From: Chiloscyllium plagiosum
Taxonomy: Eukaryota
Direction of reading: 5' to 3'
DNA: 64,000 nt
Assembly (NCBI RefSeq): GCF_004010195.1
Contig: NC_057719.1
Span: 60,225,051-60,289,050, forward strand
Part shown: positions 37,400 to 52,045 of the stretch, one piece after another
Layout of the letters: each line of letters opens with the position of its first letter
Numbering within the stretch: position 1 is the stretch's first letter
Notes under the pieces: model-generated
Databases searched by the model: none
Told to the model about the DNA's origin: nothing
The model's input: only the letters and a program-made list of their open reading frames with translations
Program-made: the position numbers and the translations under genes

Positions 37400-40020
37400 A
37401 GTCATACAGATATATAGCAGGAAAACAGACCCATCGGTTCACATCATCCATGCCAACCAGATATCCGAAATAAAACTAGTCCCATTTGCCAGCATTTGTC
37501 TCATATCCCCCTGAACCCTTCCTATTCATATGTTGGAATTGTACCAGCCTCCACAGGTACCATTTCTACTGGCAGTTCAATCCATACACGCACGACCCTT
37601 GTGTGTGAAAAAGCTGCTTCTTGGGTCCCTTTTAAATCTTTCCCCTCTCACCTTAAACCTACACCCTCTAGTTTTGGACTCCCCCACCCCAGGGAAAAGA
37701 CCTGGTTTATTTACTCTCTTCATGCCCCTCATGATTTTATAATCATCGATAATGTCACCCCTTAGCCTCTGACCCTCCAGGGAAAATCATCCCAGTCTAT
37801 TCAGCCTCTCCCTTTAGCTAAAAATCCTCCAACCATGGCAATATTGTTGTAAATCTTTTCTAAACCCTTTCAAGTTTCACAATATCCTTCTGATACCACA
37901 GAGACCAGAATTGAACTCCAAGGTCTCTTTGTTCAGCAACACTCCCCAGGACCTTACCATTAAGTGTATAAGTCCTGCTCTGATTTGCCTTTCCAAAATA
38001 GAACACCTCACATTAATCTAAATTAAACTCCATTTGCCACTCCTCAGCCCATTAGCCCATCTGATTAAGATCCTATTGTCCTCTGAGATAACCTTCCTTG
38101 CTGTCCAAAGCACCTCCAAATTTGGTCTCATCTGCAAACTTACTAACCATACTTCCCATGTTCACATCCAAATTATTTATATAAATGATGAAAAGCAGTG
38201 GAACTAGCACCAATCCTTGTGGCACACTACTGGTCACATGCCTCCAGTCTGAAAAACAACTCTCCACAATCACCCTCTGCCTTCTACCTTCGAGCTAGTT
38301 CTGTATCCAAATAGCTAGTTCTCCCTCTATTCCATGTGATCTAACCTTGTTAACCAGTCTACCATGAGGAACCTTGTCAAATGCCTTACTGGAGTCCATT
38401 TAAATCATGTACACTGTTCTGTCCTCATCAATCCTCTTTGTTACTTCTTCAAAAGACTCAATCAAGTTTGTGAGACATGATTTCCCACACACAAAGCCAT
38501 GTTTACTATCCCTAATCAGTCCTTGCCTTTCCAAATACATGTAAATCCTGTCTCTCAGAAATCTCTCCAACAACTTGCCCACCACTGATGTTAGGCTCAC
38601 TAGTCTATCGTTCCCTGGTATTTCCTGAGCACCTTTCTTAAATAATAGTACCATATTAGCCAACCTCCAGTCTTCTGGCACCTCAGCTGTGGCTATCGAT
38701 AATACAAATATCTCAGCAAGGGGCCTAGCACTCTCTTCCCTAGCTTCCCTCAGAGTTCGAGGTTACACCTGATCGGATCCTTTCTGCGTTTCAAGATGTC
38801 CAGCATCACTTCCTCTGTAATAGGGACATTTTTCAAGATGTCACTATTTATTTCCCCATGTTCTCTATCTTCCTTCTCTGCAGTAAAAACTGATGCAAAA
38901 TACTCATTTAGTATCCCCCTCATCTCCTGTGGTTCCACGCATAGGTGATCTTGTTGATCTTTAAGGGGCCCTATTCTCTCCCACGTTACCCTTTTGTCCT
39001 TAATGTATTTGTAAACTCTCTTTGGATTATCCTTAACCCTATGTGCCAAAGCTATCTCATGTCCCTTTTTGCCCTCTGTATCCAAGAATACCCCTACTAT
39101 TTTTATACTCTTCTAGGAAATCGTTTGATTGCTGCTGTCTATATTTGATATATGGTGCCTTATTATTCTTGTCAAAAACCTCAATTTCTCTGGCCATCCA
39201 GCATTCTCAACACCTACCAGCCTTGCCCTTCACCCTAACAGGAAGATAGTGTCTCTGGACTCTCATTATCTCATTTTTAAAGGCTTCCCTTTTTTGATTC
39301 CATTCCCCATTCCTGCATCAGTTTCAGACTGATCACTTTCCTCACTATCTCACTGGGTCCCCTGCCTTTAATATTTTAAATCCTTCTGAGCAGCTCTAGC
39401 AAATGTCCCCACCGGTATATTAGTCCCCTTCCAATTCAGGTGCAATCCATCCTTCTTGTACAGGTCACTTCTACCCCTGAAGACATTCCAATGATCCAAA
39501 ATGTGAATCCTTCTCTCATGCACTAACTCTTCATCCATGCATTCATCTGCTCTATCCTGCTATTCCTACTCTGATTAGCTTATGGCACTGGGTGTCATCC
39601 AGATATTACTACCCTCGAGGACCTACCTTTTAAATTCCTGCCTAACTTCCTGGATTCTCTCCTGGATTCCTACCTCGTTAGTTCCAATGTGTCCAATGAC
39701 CTCTGGCTGGTCTCATTCCTCTTTGAGAATATTCTGCACCCCCTCCAAGGTATCTTTGATCTTGGCTCCAGGGAGGCAACACACCATTCTGACATCTCGC
39801 TGTAGTCCACAGAATCATCTGTTCCCTACCACAATCGATTTCTTGGAATTAGGTGTACCCCTCGTTACAGTAGAGTCAGCCTCGGTACCAGAAAACCAAC
39901 TGTCAGTGCTACATTCCCCTGAGAGTCCAGTACCCCCTACATTTTCCAAAACAGCATTCTTGTTTTGAGATGGGGGTAGCCCTGCACTATCTGCCTCTCT
40001 CTCCTACCTTTCCTGGAGGT
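37400..40020 (-). mobile_element. CR1/HER1-type LINE, internally deleted pseudogene
   Basis: PEDWRLANMVLLFKKG...VSLTSVVGK...HGFVCGKSCLTNLIESFEEVT; SSVPQGLVLVPLLFIIYINNLD...SKFADETK; KDNPKRVYKYIK. Confidence 0.92.
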
Positions 40021-40399
40021 CACCATGGCATAAAGTTTATGTTTGCAGTTGTCATAGTGATGAAAATGTGTTATTTTAATTTAATATTAGTTTTGTAATT
40101 GGCCACAAAATTGCTCAACTTTATCAATGGAATTAAGTTTCAGCCACTGCAGGGAAGCATACAACAAGAAAAACCTTCATCCATGCAGTCTATCAGCTTT
40201 TCTTTGGAGTTACAAAATAGTGTAATTTGTGAACCAACACCAACAAACTATAGTGATACTAGTTATCATAAGAAAGCCTCAGAAATACCCATCTGATGCT
40301 ACTTTTTAAATATTCTTAACAAACAGCATGACATTTTGGGCTATGCGCATCATGTTGAGGTTCAACAGCATGCTGCAAACCACCAAGAATCTTGAAAAT

Positions 40400-43318
40400 T
40401 GATAAGGCCATCTTGCATGTTGGCTGAGAGGCAATTCCATGATTCTGCAAGGCCTGTCCAGTACCATTTGCCTTATGTGCAAAGGTACAGGCAGAAATCA
40501 GGAGGCTAGAGAGTGCAGGAATCATCAAACCAGTCCAGTTTGTGGAATGGACAGTAATGGTCTTACTGATTATGAAGATTGACAGGTCAGTCCACCTTTG
40601 TGGGCACTTCAGACAAATGATAAACTGCCTTTTGCATATCCAATTCCTTGCATCGAGAATTTATAGGTAAAATTAGAGGGGGTGCAGAGCTGTCTTTCAC
40701 AGAGCTAGACATAAGCCATGCACACCAGATTCCCAGAAGTATGTTATAACTAATATGCATAAAGGTTTATACCAATATATGAGGTTGCCTTTTGGGATAT
40801 TATTAGCCTGTGCCATTTTCCAGCAGACAATGGGGAACATTTTACAAGGTCTACTCCAGGTTACCATTTATCTGGATGACATGCTAATAACTGGGAAGAC
40901 CAATAAAGAGCATTTAGAGAACTTTGACATAGTACTTAAACATTTCTCCAAGGCAGGTGTATGCCTTAGGAGGGAAACATGCATGTTCTAGGCACCCCAC
41001 TTGGGCTACAGAGTTGATAAAACCATGTTACATTTGTTGAAAGATAAAGTAGGAGCAATCAAAGGTGCTCCGTCTCCCACATCTATAACAGAGCTTCGGT
41101 CTTTCCTTGGGTTGGTGAATTGTTACAGAAAATTCATAAGAAATCTGGCCTCTATCCTGGTACCTTTACATCTGCTATTGAAATTGGGTCAGTCATGGAA
41201 ATGGTCTCGTGGCCAAGATACAGCCTTTTGGAAAGGGAAGAGTCAGCTATCAGCGTCTAAGGTGCTGGAATTCTATGATCCCAAGTGAGATCTGGTACTG
41301 ACATGTGATACCTTCTTGTATGGTATCAGGGTTGCGTGGGCTCACTGGTGGTCCAGCGTAATGGAATATTTGATAGGATATGCTTCCCAGAATTTGATTG
41401 ATACAGAAATCAAATACACCCCGACAGAGAAGGAAGGTTTGGTGGTCTTTTTTTGGTTTGAGAAATTTATGGATGTAAATTTGCAATAATAACTGACCAC
41501 AAACTATCTGGGAGACCAAGTGGCAAATGCAGATGCTTTGTGTGTCTCCCACTGACATAAACACCACTGGTGGTGCCACTACCAGAATAATCCTTTCTGT
41601 TTTAAACCTTCTGGACACTCTTCTGTACATCACTGACAATATCAGACTGTGGACATAAAAAGATCCCACCCTGACAAAACTTAACCAGCTGGTGATGGGG
41701 AAATAAAAAGGGCCATCAGAACCAGCACTGAAACCTTTCTGAACCCTATGAGACCAGATCACAACTGAGGTCAGCTAATCATTATGGAGAGCAAGGGTAA
41801 TTGATCCAAGCATAGGTCACTGCCAGATATTGGCTGATGTCCACTAGGGTCATCCAGGGGTTTTCAAAATGAAAATATTAGCGAGAAGTTATGTCTGATG
41901 GCCAGGACTGGACGTTGATACAGCCACATTGGTGGGACAGTGCCCAGTGTGCCAACAGGGACAAAAATCATTGCCAACAGCTCCCCCACATTAATGGGAA
42001 TGATCAGATAAACCCTGGACTTGGTTACACATTGACGCATTCCTGATGAAGGGCTTATGCCCAAAATGTTGATTCTCCTGCTCCTCGGATGCTGCCTGAA
42101 CTGCTGTGCTTTTCCAGCATCACACTCTTAGCTCTGATCTCCAGCACCTACGGTCCTCATTTTCTCCAACATATTAACTGTGCCAGTCCTTTCATGGGCT
42201 CTGTTTTTAGCCATTGTGGACCATTCAAAGTGGTTGGATGTGCAGGGGATGATGTTTGGAAAGTTGAGGGCATCTTTTGCAATATACGGACTCACAGACA
42301 ACTGCCCATCATTTACCAGCAGGGAGTTTGAGTATTTCCTAACTTTGAACGTAAGGGCAGTTCCATACCATCCAATGATCTGGCAGAAAGAGCAGTCCAA
42401 ACTTTGAATGCATGCTTCAGAAACAGCCTATAGCTTCACTCAATGCCAAACTGTCCCGCTTCCTGTTTGATTATAGGACCATCCCTCATGCAACTAAAAT
42501 GACAGCTCCAGCAGACATCTAATGGGGAGAAGACTCAGCACCAGGTTAATCCTGCTCTTCCCAGACAGGGACGGGGGAGATGGTGAAACGGCATCAGGAA
42601 CAACACCAGACACAACACTTCTCAAAGTGTCAGAGACAGTTACTTCAAGCTTGGTGCTGAAACCATGGGAATGGACCTGTATGGTCAATGCGAGGTCAGG
42701 TCCTGTGACATACAAAATTCGGGTAGGTGAGGTGGTTCTGAACAAGCATGTGGACAAGCTGCAACTTCACAAAACAGGGCAGGAATAAAGCATATCTGGC
42801 CCATCTGAACATCTAGCAAGGCTGTCAGAACCCGTGAGTTGTCCCCCTCTGTCTAGTGCCGAAGAAATCTCTGGAGCATGAGATGGACACTGCAGATATT
42901 ACAGATTTAATGCCTTTACCACATGAAGAAGATTTATGGCCAAGACGCTCCACGTGCAGGAGGCAGGTTATGGTGCGGTACACTTTGTCCAAGGCAGAGT
43001 CAGAGGAACCAGACTTGGGAAAACACCCAGGGAGAAGCTACAGGAAAAATAACAGGCCTAGGTCCCAGGACTTGGACGGGGAGAGATGGAATGATTGGAC
43101 TGAGGTCAGCCATGTACACCTCCATGGAATGAGTTGCCTGATTGAGGCTGTGAACCTGATCTAAACAGGGAGTCCTGGCTGGCAGATATTAACAGGGGTG
43201 TGAGTTCTGCTCACTCTAGAAGCTGGCTCTGTGCTACCTGTACCAGTATCTTGTACTATGCACATGTAAATAAAGGGTAATTTGGTATCAGAATATCAGC
43301 CTTCATGGAGTTATTTCA
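40400..43318 (+). mobile_element. Gypsy/Ty3 LTR retrotransposon, decayed pol plus 3' LTR (43087-43318)
   Basis: HKGLYQYMRLPFG...IYLDDMLITG (RT); ELRSFLGLVNCY; integrase remnants (IVDHSKWLDV, FTSREF). Purine tract ggacggggagaga precedes a TG...CA LTR containing AATAAA. Confidence 0.9.
42037..42167 (+). mobile_element. 131-bp Neptune-like PLE 3' terminus starting at a hammerhead motif, inserted in the Gypsy integrase
   Basis: gcattc-CTGATGA-agggcttatgccc-aaaatgttgattc (core decayed at CpGs). Same family as 17608-17777. Degenerate TSD acacattgac / acatattaac. Confidence 0.8.
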
Positions 43319-44899
43319 CAAAGTATTCATAATATTATAAATAGGAAAAAAGTCCTAATGTTGCCTGTTGATAAATAGTGAAAGCTGTCTTTTTTTTTTA
43401 CTGAATTTCTGAATATTTTGAGGAACAAAATGATATTTTCTTCTTTTCTCCTGAAACACAATTCCTTGATACATTTTCTAGATGTAATAAAAGCAGACCG
43501 AATTTATATGAAGCAATCAAGAATGTTTTCACTTAAGTAAAGGGACACAAAAGTCAGTGTATGCAGCAAATTATGCACACCCTGAGTATAAATAGCAGTC
43601 AATTTCAAATATAAGTAGTGATCCGATTACAGCATGGTTTTACTTTGAAAATGATACTCAAGGTTGCAAGTTTAAAATAATAGTTTGCATTTAGATTGCA
43701 AGCGTACTCAGGTCAACTTAATTTTGAAGCAGCATCTAAGAACATATAAGTTCTATGAATGACAAGTGATGCCGGAATCATTTTAAATAATTCATAAAAA
43801 TGCTGTTTTTAGAGGAAAGAGTAATACCATGTTGCTTTGTACTGCATGAAAATAAAGCAGTTGCTTCACAGCTGAACTATCAGAGTACAACTGCAATTTT
43901 ATCAGTCATGTTCAAACAAGGACAGGGAAACTGACAATTATTATTGAAATTTGGGGACTAAATTAGCAATGATTAATATATATTTTCTTTGCTTACCTGA
44001 ACATATCATTGTTAGTATGTTCTTGAAAGGTGGGACAACTTGATGCTCTGAACAAAGAATAGCTGAATTAAACCCTTCAAAGACCCATTATCTTTAAGTA
44101 TCCATGCTGATTACAATGGTTCAATTTCTTGGTTTGTAACTTCTTGTGTTGCAGTGGTATAGGTTGCATATTTATATATGTATATAATGTATCTCCGTGA
44201 AGGATTAGGATTTTATATTGGGAACCCACACTACAGTTATTCAAATCCTACAGGACTGCAAGTCCTTGTCAGTGTCATCGACCCTTTAAACTGAATTCAA
44301 ACCTAATCGCTAACAAAAAAGAAACAGAATTCATGCAAATCATATTAATTTCAGCATATCCCCTGTGTGTTGGATATAAACTTCTGCCTAATTAAATATT
44401 TTTTAACGATGTGAGTAATTTTTGCCAAGGGGCGGATTCAGGGGAAAATTTAATATGAGATCACAAAAGCTGTTCCCAGCGTTGATTCTGTAAATTAATG
44501 ACTATCTGCCTTATGATAAAAGCATGCTGCCAAGAATGAAAATGAAGTCTGTAAGGCTTAGACTATTTGCCTATTAACCAAGTGTATACAGAACAAAAGG
44601 CTAAGAGAGTTTGGAAATTTTCCATTGTAACTTTCTCATGTAGCTTTATAATACAAAGAACAGGGTGCGCTAAATTAGAAATTATATATCATTTTATATA
44701 TATTATTACTACTTGCACATTTAACTACTAAACCTGGTTCACATTTTACCCATCAACAAAAACAATCTCTTCCTCCATTCCCTAAGGTCAGTAACACAGA
44801 ATAACAGTTTGCATGATACTGGAGATCCTTCTACATCTCAAGTAGGATGGGATGCGAGTATTGCAAGCAATACCGGCATTTGTTGTCCATCCTTAATGT

Positions 44900-45200
44900 T
44901 TCAAAAATTTGTTCATGGGATGTGGTCGTCACTGGCCAAACCAGCATTTTATTGCACATCCACAATTGCCTTGAGGGCAGTTCAGAGTCAATTACATTGC
45001 TGTTGATCTAGAGTCACATGTAGGTCAGACCCGGCATGGACAAAATTTCCTTCACTAAAGGATAATAGTGAACTGGATGGGTTTTTGAGATAACCAACAG
45101 TAGTTACATGGTCACCAATAGTAAGATTTAGTTCCAATGTCCTCAGAACATTAGCACGATGTTGTAGAGGGCTAGTCCAGTGTTACTGACACCATACCAC
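44900..45200 (-). mobile_element. tRNA-derived shark SINE (18230 family)
   Basis: catgggatgtggtcgtcactggcc...gagggcagttcagagtcaattacattgc...gagtcacatgtagg is the reverse of the 18230-18650 element. Confidence 0.7.
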
Positions 45201-45229
45201 TTCCTTCCCAATTGCCTTCAAGTAGGTGG

Positions 45230-46720
45230 CAAGCCACTTTTCTTGCCTCATTAAGGCCTTTTATAAATACAGCCATAGTGCTGCTAAGAAATGAATTCCA
45301 GAATCTTGATACAGACATGTGGTGATGTTCCTATGTATCCTCAGCTCTTGTCCAGAGTGATGGAGATTGCACAATCACAAGGTGGCATAGAAGGAGCCAA
45401 AGTGAGCTGCTGCAATGCAGCCTGTAGATGATATACACTGTTCTCATTGAGTCTAAGTGGTCTAGGCAATCAATGTCTAAGATGGGTGGACAGTGTGCCA
45501 CTCAAGCAGCTGCTTTGCCCTGGATGTTGCTGAGCTTGAGTATTGTTGGGTTGCATTCATCCAGGAAAATGGATAGTTTTCAATCACATGCCTGACTGGC
45601 GTTTAGTACATGCTGGATAGGCTTTGGGGAGTTAAAAGATGAAATATATGTTTCAGAGTTCCTAGTCTTTGACCTGCTCTTGGAGCCACAGTATTTATAG
45701 GACACATCCAATTAAATTTCTGGATAATGGTAACCTGCAAGATTTTGAGACTGTGAAGTTTAGAAATAGTATTATCAATGAATGCCAAGTGGAAAATACC
45801 TGGATTCTCCCTTGTTGGAGATGGTAATTGCCAGTCATTTGTGCAGGGCAAATGGTAGTTGCAACTTGACAGACAAGCTTCACTGCTGAATATGGAGTGC
45901 TTAAGTACCTGAGTAGCCACAAATGGTGCTGCACAGTCAGCAATCATCAATGAACAACCCCATTTTGGACATTAAGATAGAGAAAGATAATTGCTGAAGT
46001 CGCTGAAGATGTTTTTACCAAGGATACTATTGTGAAGAATTTGGGGTCCTTGTGATGCAGAGGTCGTGTCTCTATCTCTGAGCCAAGAGGCCTGAGTTCA
46101 AGTCACACCTGCTCTCGAGATGTCATAACATCTCTGAACAGATTGATTAGAAAATATCTATCCTGAGGAAATCCTACAGCAATATCCTAAAACTGAGATG
46201 ATTGACCTTTAAAAATCACAACAAACTTCCTTTGTCCCAAGTAAGTATTTAACCAGTGAGCAGTTGTTCCTCATTCCCACTGACTTCAGATTTACCAGTG
46301 CTCATTGATGACATATGTCAAGGATAGTCACTCTCAATTCAACTCAGGAATTCAGCTCTTTTGTCAAAATAATGAGATCAATATCAAGGTGTTAGTGGTT
46401 CTGGCAGAACCCAAACTAATCTTCAGTAAGCAGCTTATCACTGTGTAAATTTCATTTGATAGCACTGTTAACTTTATCTTCTTTCACTTTGATAATCTAG
46501 GTTAGGATGATGGGGCAATAATTGGCTAGATTGGATTTGTCCTGCTTTTAGTGTAAAGGACATACCTGAACAATTTACCACATTGTAGGGCGATAGACAG
46601 CACTGTTGTAGCTGTATTGGAACTAACATTATGTTTCTGGAACACGAGTCTTCAGTACTACTGCCAGAATATTGTCATGGTCCAAAGCCTTTGCAGATTC
46701 CATGAGTCTGTATGACTGAT
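45230..46720 (-). mobile_element. Decayed CR1/L2-clade LINE
   Basis: Homologous to 14340-15280 and 4160-4860 (RAGQRLG..; KALDHDNILAVVLKTRVPE). Confidence 0.7.
46044..46158 (+). mobile_element. Short tRNA-like SINE
   Basis: gggtccttgtgatgcagaggt...ctgagccaagaggcctgagttcaagtcacacctgctc...tctgaacagattgattagaaaa. Confidence 0.65.
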
Positions 46721-48897
46721 GTATCTCCTTGCGAATAAAAAAATGAGTACAACCAGTGGGCCAAATGTTTATAATTGAGATGAAAATCCAGAAATTTTCA
46801 AAATGGTGCAATCCCATCTACATCCCAGATAATGCTTCCACCTGCTGGAGGGTGGGATGACTTGGGTTTTACCCCCAAATTACAGAGGTAAATGGGCTAA
46901 TCTGAACAAATTGGGTTATAAGGCCAGGTTCTTCAGATCAGATAACACCCTCTTATGCTTAAAACTTTCACCCTTTTGTTCCCCCCAACTAACTTACCTA
47001 GTAGCCCCTATATAAACCAAAACCATAAGTCCTTTAGACATTTGTAAGTCATTGAAAAGTTTATAAATTTGTCACAGTATCACTTCACTAATCATTAAAA
47101 GAAAATGATTAGCCTCTTAGCAAAGCTCATAAATCTGTCAAAATAAACAAACTTAGTTTAGCAGGTATTTAAAAACCATCATCTTCGGAAAGCTCATAAA
47201 TCTGTCTAAGCCATTATACTCATATTCCCTGGACAGCCATGTAAGGAAACTCTGCAGTCCATTTAGATACTTGAAGACATCCAAAATGCTACATCTGTTC
47301 AGCTTTTAAACAAGAGAGAAACACTCAAGGCTAAACTGTTCTGCAAAGCATAAATAAAAGTTTTGCCATATGTCAAAGCTTCCAAACATACAGTAGAATT
47401 CTTTCAAAAGGAGTGATAGAATGCAATGGGGCAAGTCTAAAAAAATGATTTCAGTAAGGCATAAAACAATTGGAGCAATTGAGGCCTTTTAGACCGTTGA
47501 GTATTGAGTCTTCTCTACCATTCTATGATCATGGTTGATCAATTCAGTACTATGTTCCTATTTTCTCCCCAAACCCTTTGATCCCTTTATTCCCAACTAC
47601 TTTATGTAATTCCTTGAATACTTTCAATATTTTGATCTCAACTGCTTTTTGTGGTGCAGAATTCCGGAGGATTACTGCACTTGGATGATGAAACCTCTCT
47701 TCATCTCAGTTCTAAATGACCCATTCACTCATCTCTCACTGAGCTGGTATTGTAATATTTTATAGTGTATTTTATCCAGTGGGTAATCTATTCCAATACA
47801 TCTGAAGACTTTTCCATTTTTATAATTGCTTTGTTTTATATAAATAACAATCCAGCAAACATTATTTCATGGTCATTTCACCTTTTACCAATCACAGGAC
47901 TGTTATCACTCACCTTACTAAATACATACATACCTCAGCATAACTTCAAAGGCTATAGCATTTTGAAGAGCTATGAAGAAGGTAAAACCATGTTTCTTCC
48001 TTTTCTATACTCTTCTAACCTTCTATCTATGTTCACCACACTGCAGCTGTGGTCCAGGAAGTTTTTAAAGATGTAAATGTCTCACTGAAAATCACAATTC
48101 TAAATTGCCTACTTCAGCATGAAAAGTTTTCAATTCACTCCCTTTCCCATCCTACTGAAAACAGCTAGAAACAGATTGAGGCAGGACTTGTATCCTTGCC
48201 ACTCAGCAGCTTTTGATTTGCAAATTCCCAATTTTGCACATCTTCGAAATGAGATCATAAGATCCATGTGAACCATTGGTTTTGACACCTGAGCACAGAA
48301 GTTTTCTTAAGTACATCCACAGAAATCAGGCAACTGCTGTCACATGGGAACACAGTAAGTCTTTTCGTCCCCTAGACCAGGAATGCTAAACTCAAATTCC
48401 AGTCCTGACATGGACCAGATATTTCAAGACTGACCTTTTGGTTTTATACTGGTCTGTATTAAACCATTCTATGAAAAGCAGGTGCATAAACTGTGCACAT
48501 ATTGTAATGACCATATTTAGAGAAGGACTTAAAATCAAACAGGGATTTAACAGCAGGAATTCTGTGCATTTTGCCTGCTGCTTCCAGTTCCCTCCCTGTT
48601 ACCAGACAGGAAAACTGATGTTAGGGAGTCAGGACTGGGTTAATGACCCTCAGCAATAGGCAGGTAGAGAAGGGGAGAGAACTTTGGGGTTGGCTGAAGA
48701 CGATTGTGAGATGTAACAGGTGACAGTTTGGAGTTGGGAAAAATTTAGATAAGGAGTGACTGAGACACCAGAACTGAGGAGCTCAGTGTAAAGCAGGGAG
48801 GTCAAAGGCTTTCTGGAAGGTGCAGACATCGCATTCCAGCTCCTGTAGGTCCAAAGTGTGGCAACTTTGAATTAACATCCAGTTTCACTACATATAC

Positions 48898-50927
48898 TGA
48901 AATAATTCCATAGAGGTTGGTATCCCATTGCCAGGTCACCCTTTATTTACACATGCATTGTACTTAACATTGCCTGGCTTCCTAGGAGCCAGCTCTCAGA
49001 GTGAACAGAACCTTCGACACTTCTGTTTATATCTGTCAACCAGGGCTCTTTAATTGGACCAAGCTAACTATGAAGTCCACCTGACTAACTCCATTACAAT
49101 CATTAAATTCCTCCCCCCACCTCCCCCACCACCGAATCTGGAGATGTAGGCCTGTTCCTTTTCTTGCAACCTCTCCGAGGGCGTTTTGTTCCAGGCCCAG
49201 CTCCACTGGCTCAGGCTCGAATACAGGCAGCATGTGGATCCACCTCTTGACCTGGAGCAATCCCGAAACAAATGTATCCTCTGTCTTAGGCAGTAAAAGC
49301 GTCGAGGCTGCAACATCTGTCATGTCCATCTCCAACTCAGAGGTTTCTTTGACAATACACAGAGGGGGAGAACCCACTGGTTCTGACAGTCTTTCTGGCT
49401 ATTCTAAGGGACCAAATGTGTTTTGCTCCTGCACCATTTGAGAGTTTTCAGTTTTCATGTAGTCCTCATGTGCTTGTTTAGGATGGCCTCACCCACCTGA
49501 ACTTTGGACGTCACAAGAACTGACCTCACGTCATCCATGCTCTTACCCATGCAGATCCATTTTGTGGTTTTGGCAGCAAACTTCATCCACTGAAGTAAAC
49601 TGTCTCTCTGACTTTTTGTCCAGCATTGGCGTTCCTGATACTATTTCACCCTCACCCCCAGGTGCAGGAAGATCAGAATTAACCTGGTGTGAAGTCTTCT
49701 CCCCACTATCAACTCTGCTGAAGTTATCACTGTAGTTGCATGAGGGATGGTCCAATAATCAAATAGCAACTGGGACAGTTTGACGTTAAGTGAATCTGTA
49801 GGCTGTTTCTCTAAGCCTGCCTTTAAAGCTTTGGGTATTAATTGAAGCATACTGCTGGTAATCCTCACGTAAATGAAATTGCAGATTGACATGGCTCAGA
49901 TCCGGCTTCATGAAAGACAGTTCACCCCCCCCCCCCCCCACCCCGTGTGTACATTCTCAATGTGAGGGATTGGGGATTTATCCAGCTGTTTCAAATCCCC
50001 ACAAAGGTGAATCGACCTGTCGGGCTTCACAATCGCTCTGACTAGTTTTGCCCAGATCGCAAACTGTACTGGTTTGACGAATCCCTTCACTTTTCAGCAT
50101 TCTGATTTCTGCCTCTACTTTTGCATGTATTGGATGGGATTTGCAGAATTGTGAAATTGTTTCCTCGTCAACATGCAAGGTGGTCTTGACTCCTTTGAAA
50201 GACCCCTGGATATTTAATTAGGACTTCACTCAGACAGCCACATCCTAATCCAAATATTAAGCTAATGAAGGTGAATCTTTCTCAACCAATTTTGCCCCAT
50301 CTGGCTTGGGCCTAAGCTGTTTACAATCAGCTGACCTAGAGTCCCTCTATTCAAGATATGTCCTGTGCTATTGTGCTCACTCAAGTGGTCCCCAAAGCTC
50401 AGTCAGGAGCTTTGGGGACAGGAATTCCCTTGGTTCTTGAATGGCCAATAAAAACTTACAGTTCTCAGAATATGAGAGACGTGGCTTAGGGTGATAATAT
50501 TCCTTAATTAAATCTGTCAATTCTTGTAATGTTTTAGGGAAAGTTAGGCTTCTAATAACCTAAAAAACTGCAGGTCCACAAGCTGTCAAGATACTTACTC
50601 GTTGCTTTTCATCTGACCTAATGTCACTCTCCCAGAAAAACTAATGCTGGGCTGGTTCCACATACCAGCCAACGAGTCAAGCATATGAACATATTTTTTT
50701 CTCTCGTTGCCACTGAATAACTCCACAGAGGCTGGTATCCTCTCACCAAGTCACCCTTTATTTACATATTCATTGTACATGACACTGGTCCAGCCTCCTA
50801 AAAGCCAGCTCTCAGAGTGAACAGAGACTCTGCCAGCCAGGGCTCCCTGATTATACCAGATTTACAGCCCCAATCAGGGAACTCATATTCGGAAGTCCAC
50901 CAGGCTGACCTCATTAGAATCACGCCA
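48898..50927 (-). mobile_element. Internally deleted Gypsy element with both LTRs (48898-49107, 50714-50927)
   Basis: Two homologous LTRs, also homologous to 43087-43318. PBS-like tggcaacgag (minus, 50703-50712), PPT near 49110-49120, approximate TSD tatac/tgtac. pol remnants (KPDRSIHLCGDLK; KLSQLLFDY..IPHATT). Confidence 0.88.
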
Positions 50928-51183
50928 TGTACCTATTTTAAACAGGTAAATATAATTATGGCAATGGGTAGATATATGAAGGGTTCAGATTAATCTCATG
51001 TTTAAATTATACTAATCCCTCCAACCACAAGAATTAAAGTTGGGATCTCAACAGTTTATAACATATATAAACAACTTTAGATGAAAGGATGGAAGGTCCG
51101 TTTGCCAAATTTGGTGCTGACACAAAGATAGGTGGGAAAGTAAGTTGTGAAAAGGACATAAGGAGGTTAAAACATATTGATAT

Positions 51184-51571
51184 ATTAAGTGAGTGGGCAA
51201 AGATGTGGCAATAGAATATGATGAGAAAAACTGAGAAATTGTCCATTTTGGCAGGAAGATTAAAGAAAGCAGCATATGTCTGAATGATGAGAGACTGCAG
51301 ACCTCTGCGATGCAAAAGGATCTGGATGTCCTCACACCTGAATTATAAAATAACACAACAAGAAATTATGAAAGTAATTAAGTGAGTGGGCAAAGATGTG
51401 GCAATAGAATATGATGAGAAAAACTGAGAAATTGTCCATTTTGGCAGGAAGATTAAAGAAAGCAGCATATGTCTGAATGATGAGAAACTGCAGACCTCTG
51501 CGATGCAAAAGGATCTGGATGTCCTCACACCTGAATTATAAAATAACATACAACAAGAAATTATGAAAGTA
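51184..51571 (+). repeat. Tandem duplication, 2 x ~193 bp
   Basis: 51184-51376 and 51377-51571 are near-identical (1 substitution and a 2-nt indel seen). Confidence 0.9.
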
Positions 51572-52045
51572 AACAATGTTATCTTTTATTTTAAGGGCAA
51601 TTGAAAACCAAAGTAAGGAGGTTATCATTCAGTTATACAGGTCACTAATGACACCAAATCTGAACTACTGTGTACTGCTTTGGTCACCTTAAGTAGGAAG
51701 GATGTAAATTTATTTGATGAAGTTCAGAGAAGGTTTACTCAACTAATGCCGAGAATAAGGTTGGTTGATAAGGAAAAGGTTCGCCAGCATAGGGCTGTAT
51801 TCACTGGAGTTTCTAAGACTAAGAGGCAACTTGGTTGAAACATATAAAATCCTCAAAGGTCTTGACCTGGTAGATGTGGAGAGGCTACTTCCATGTATAG
51901 GAGAATCTAAAACAAGGGGTTACTGCTCAAAAATCAGGGTTACTCATTTATAATAGACATTAGACAAAATTTTGTTCTCTCAAAGGGTCATGAGTCTTTG
52001 GAACTCTCTCCCTGAAATAAATGATGGAACCAGTGCCTGTGAATG

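Noticed and set aside
47122..47206. 18-bp direct repeat aaagctcataaatctgtc spaced 67 bp (CRISPR-like spacing)
   Set aside because: Only two copies in eukaryotic intron DNA; a local duplication, not an array.
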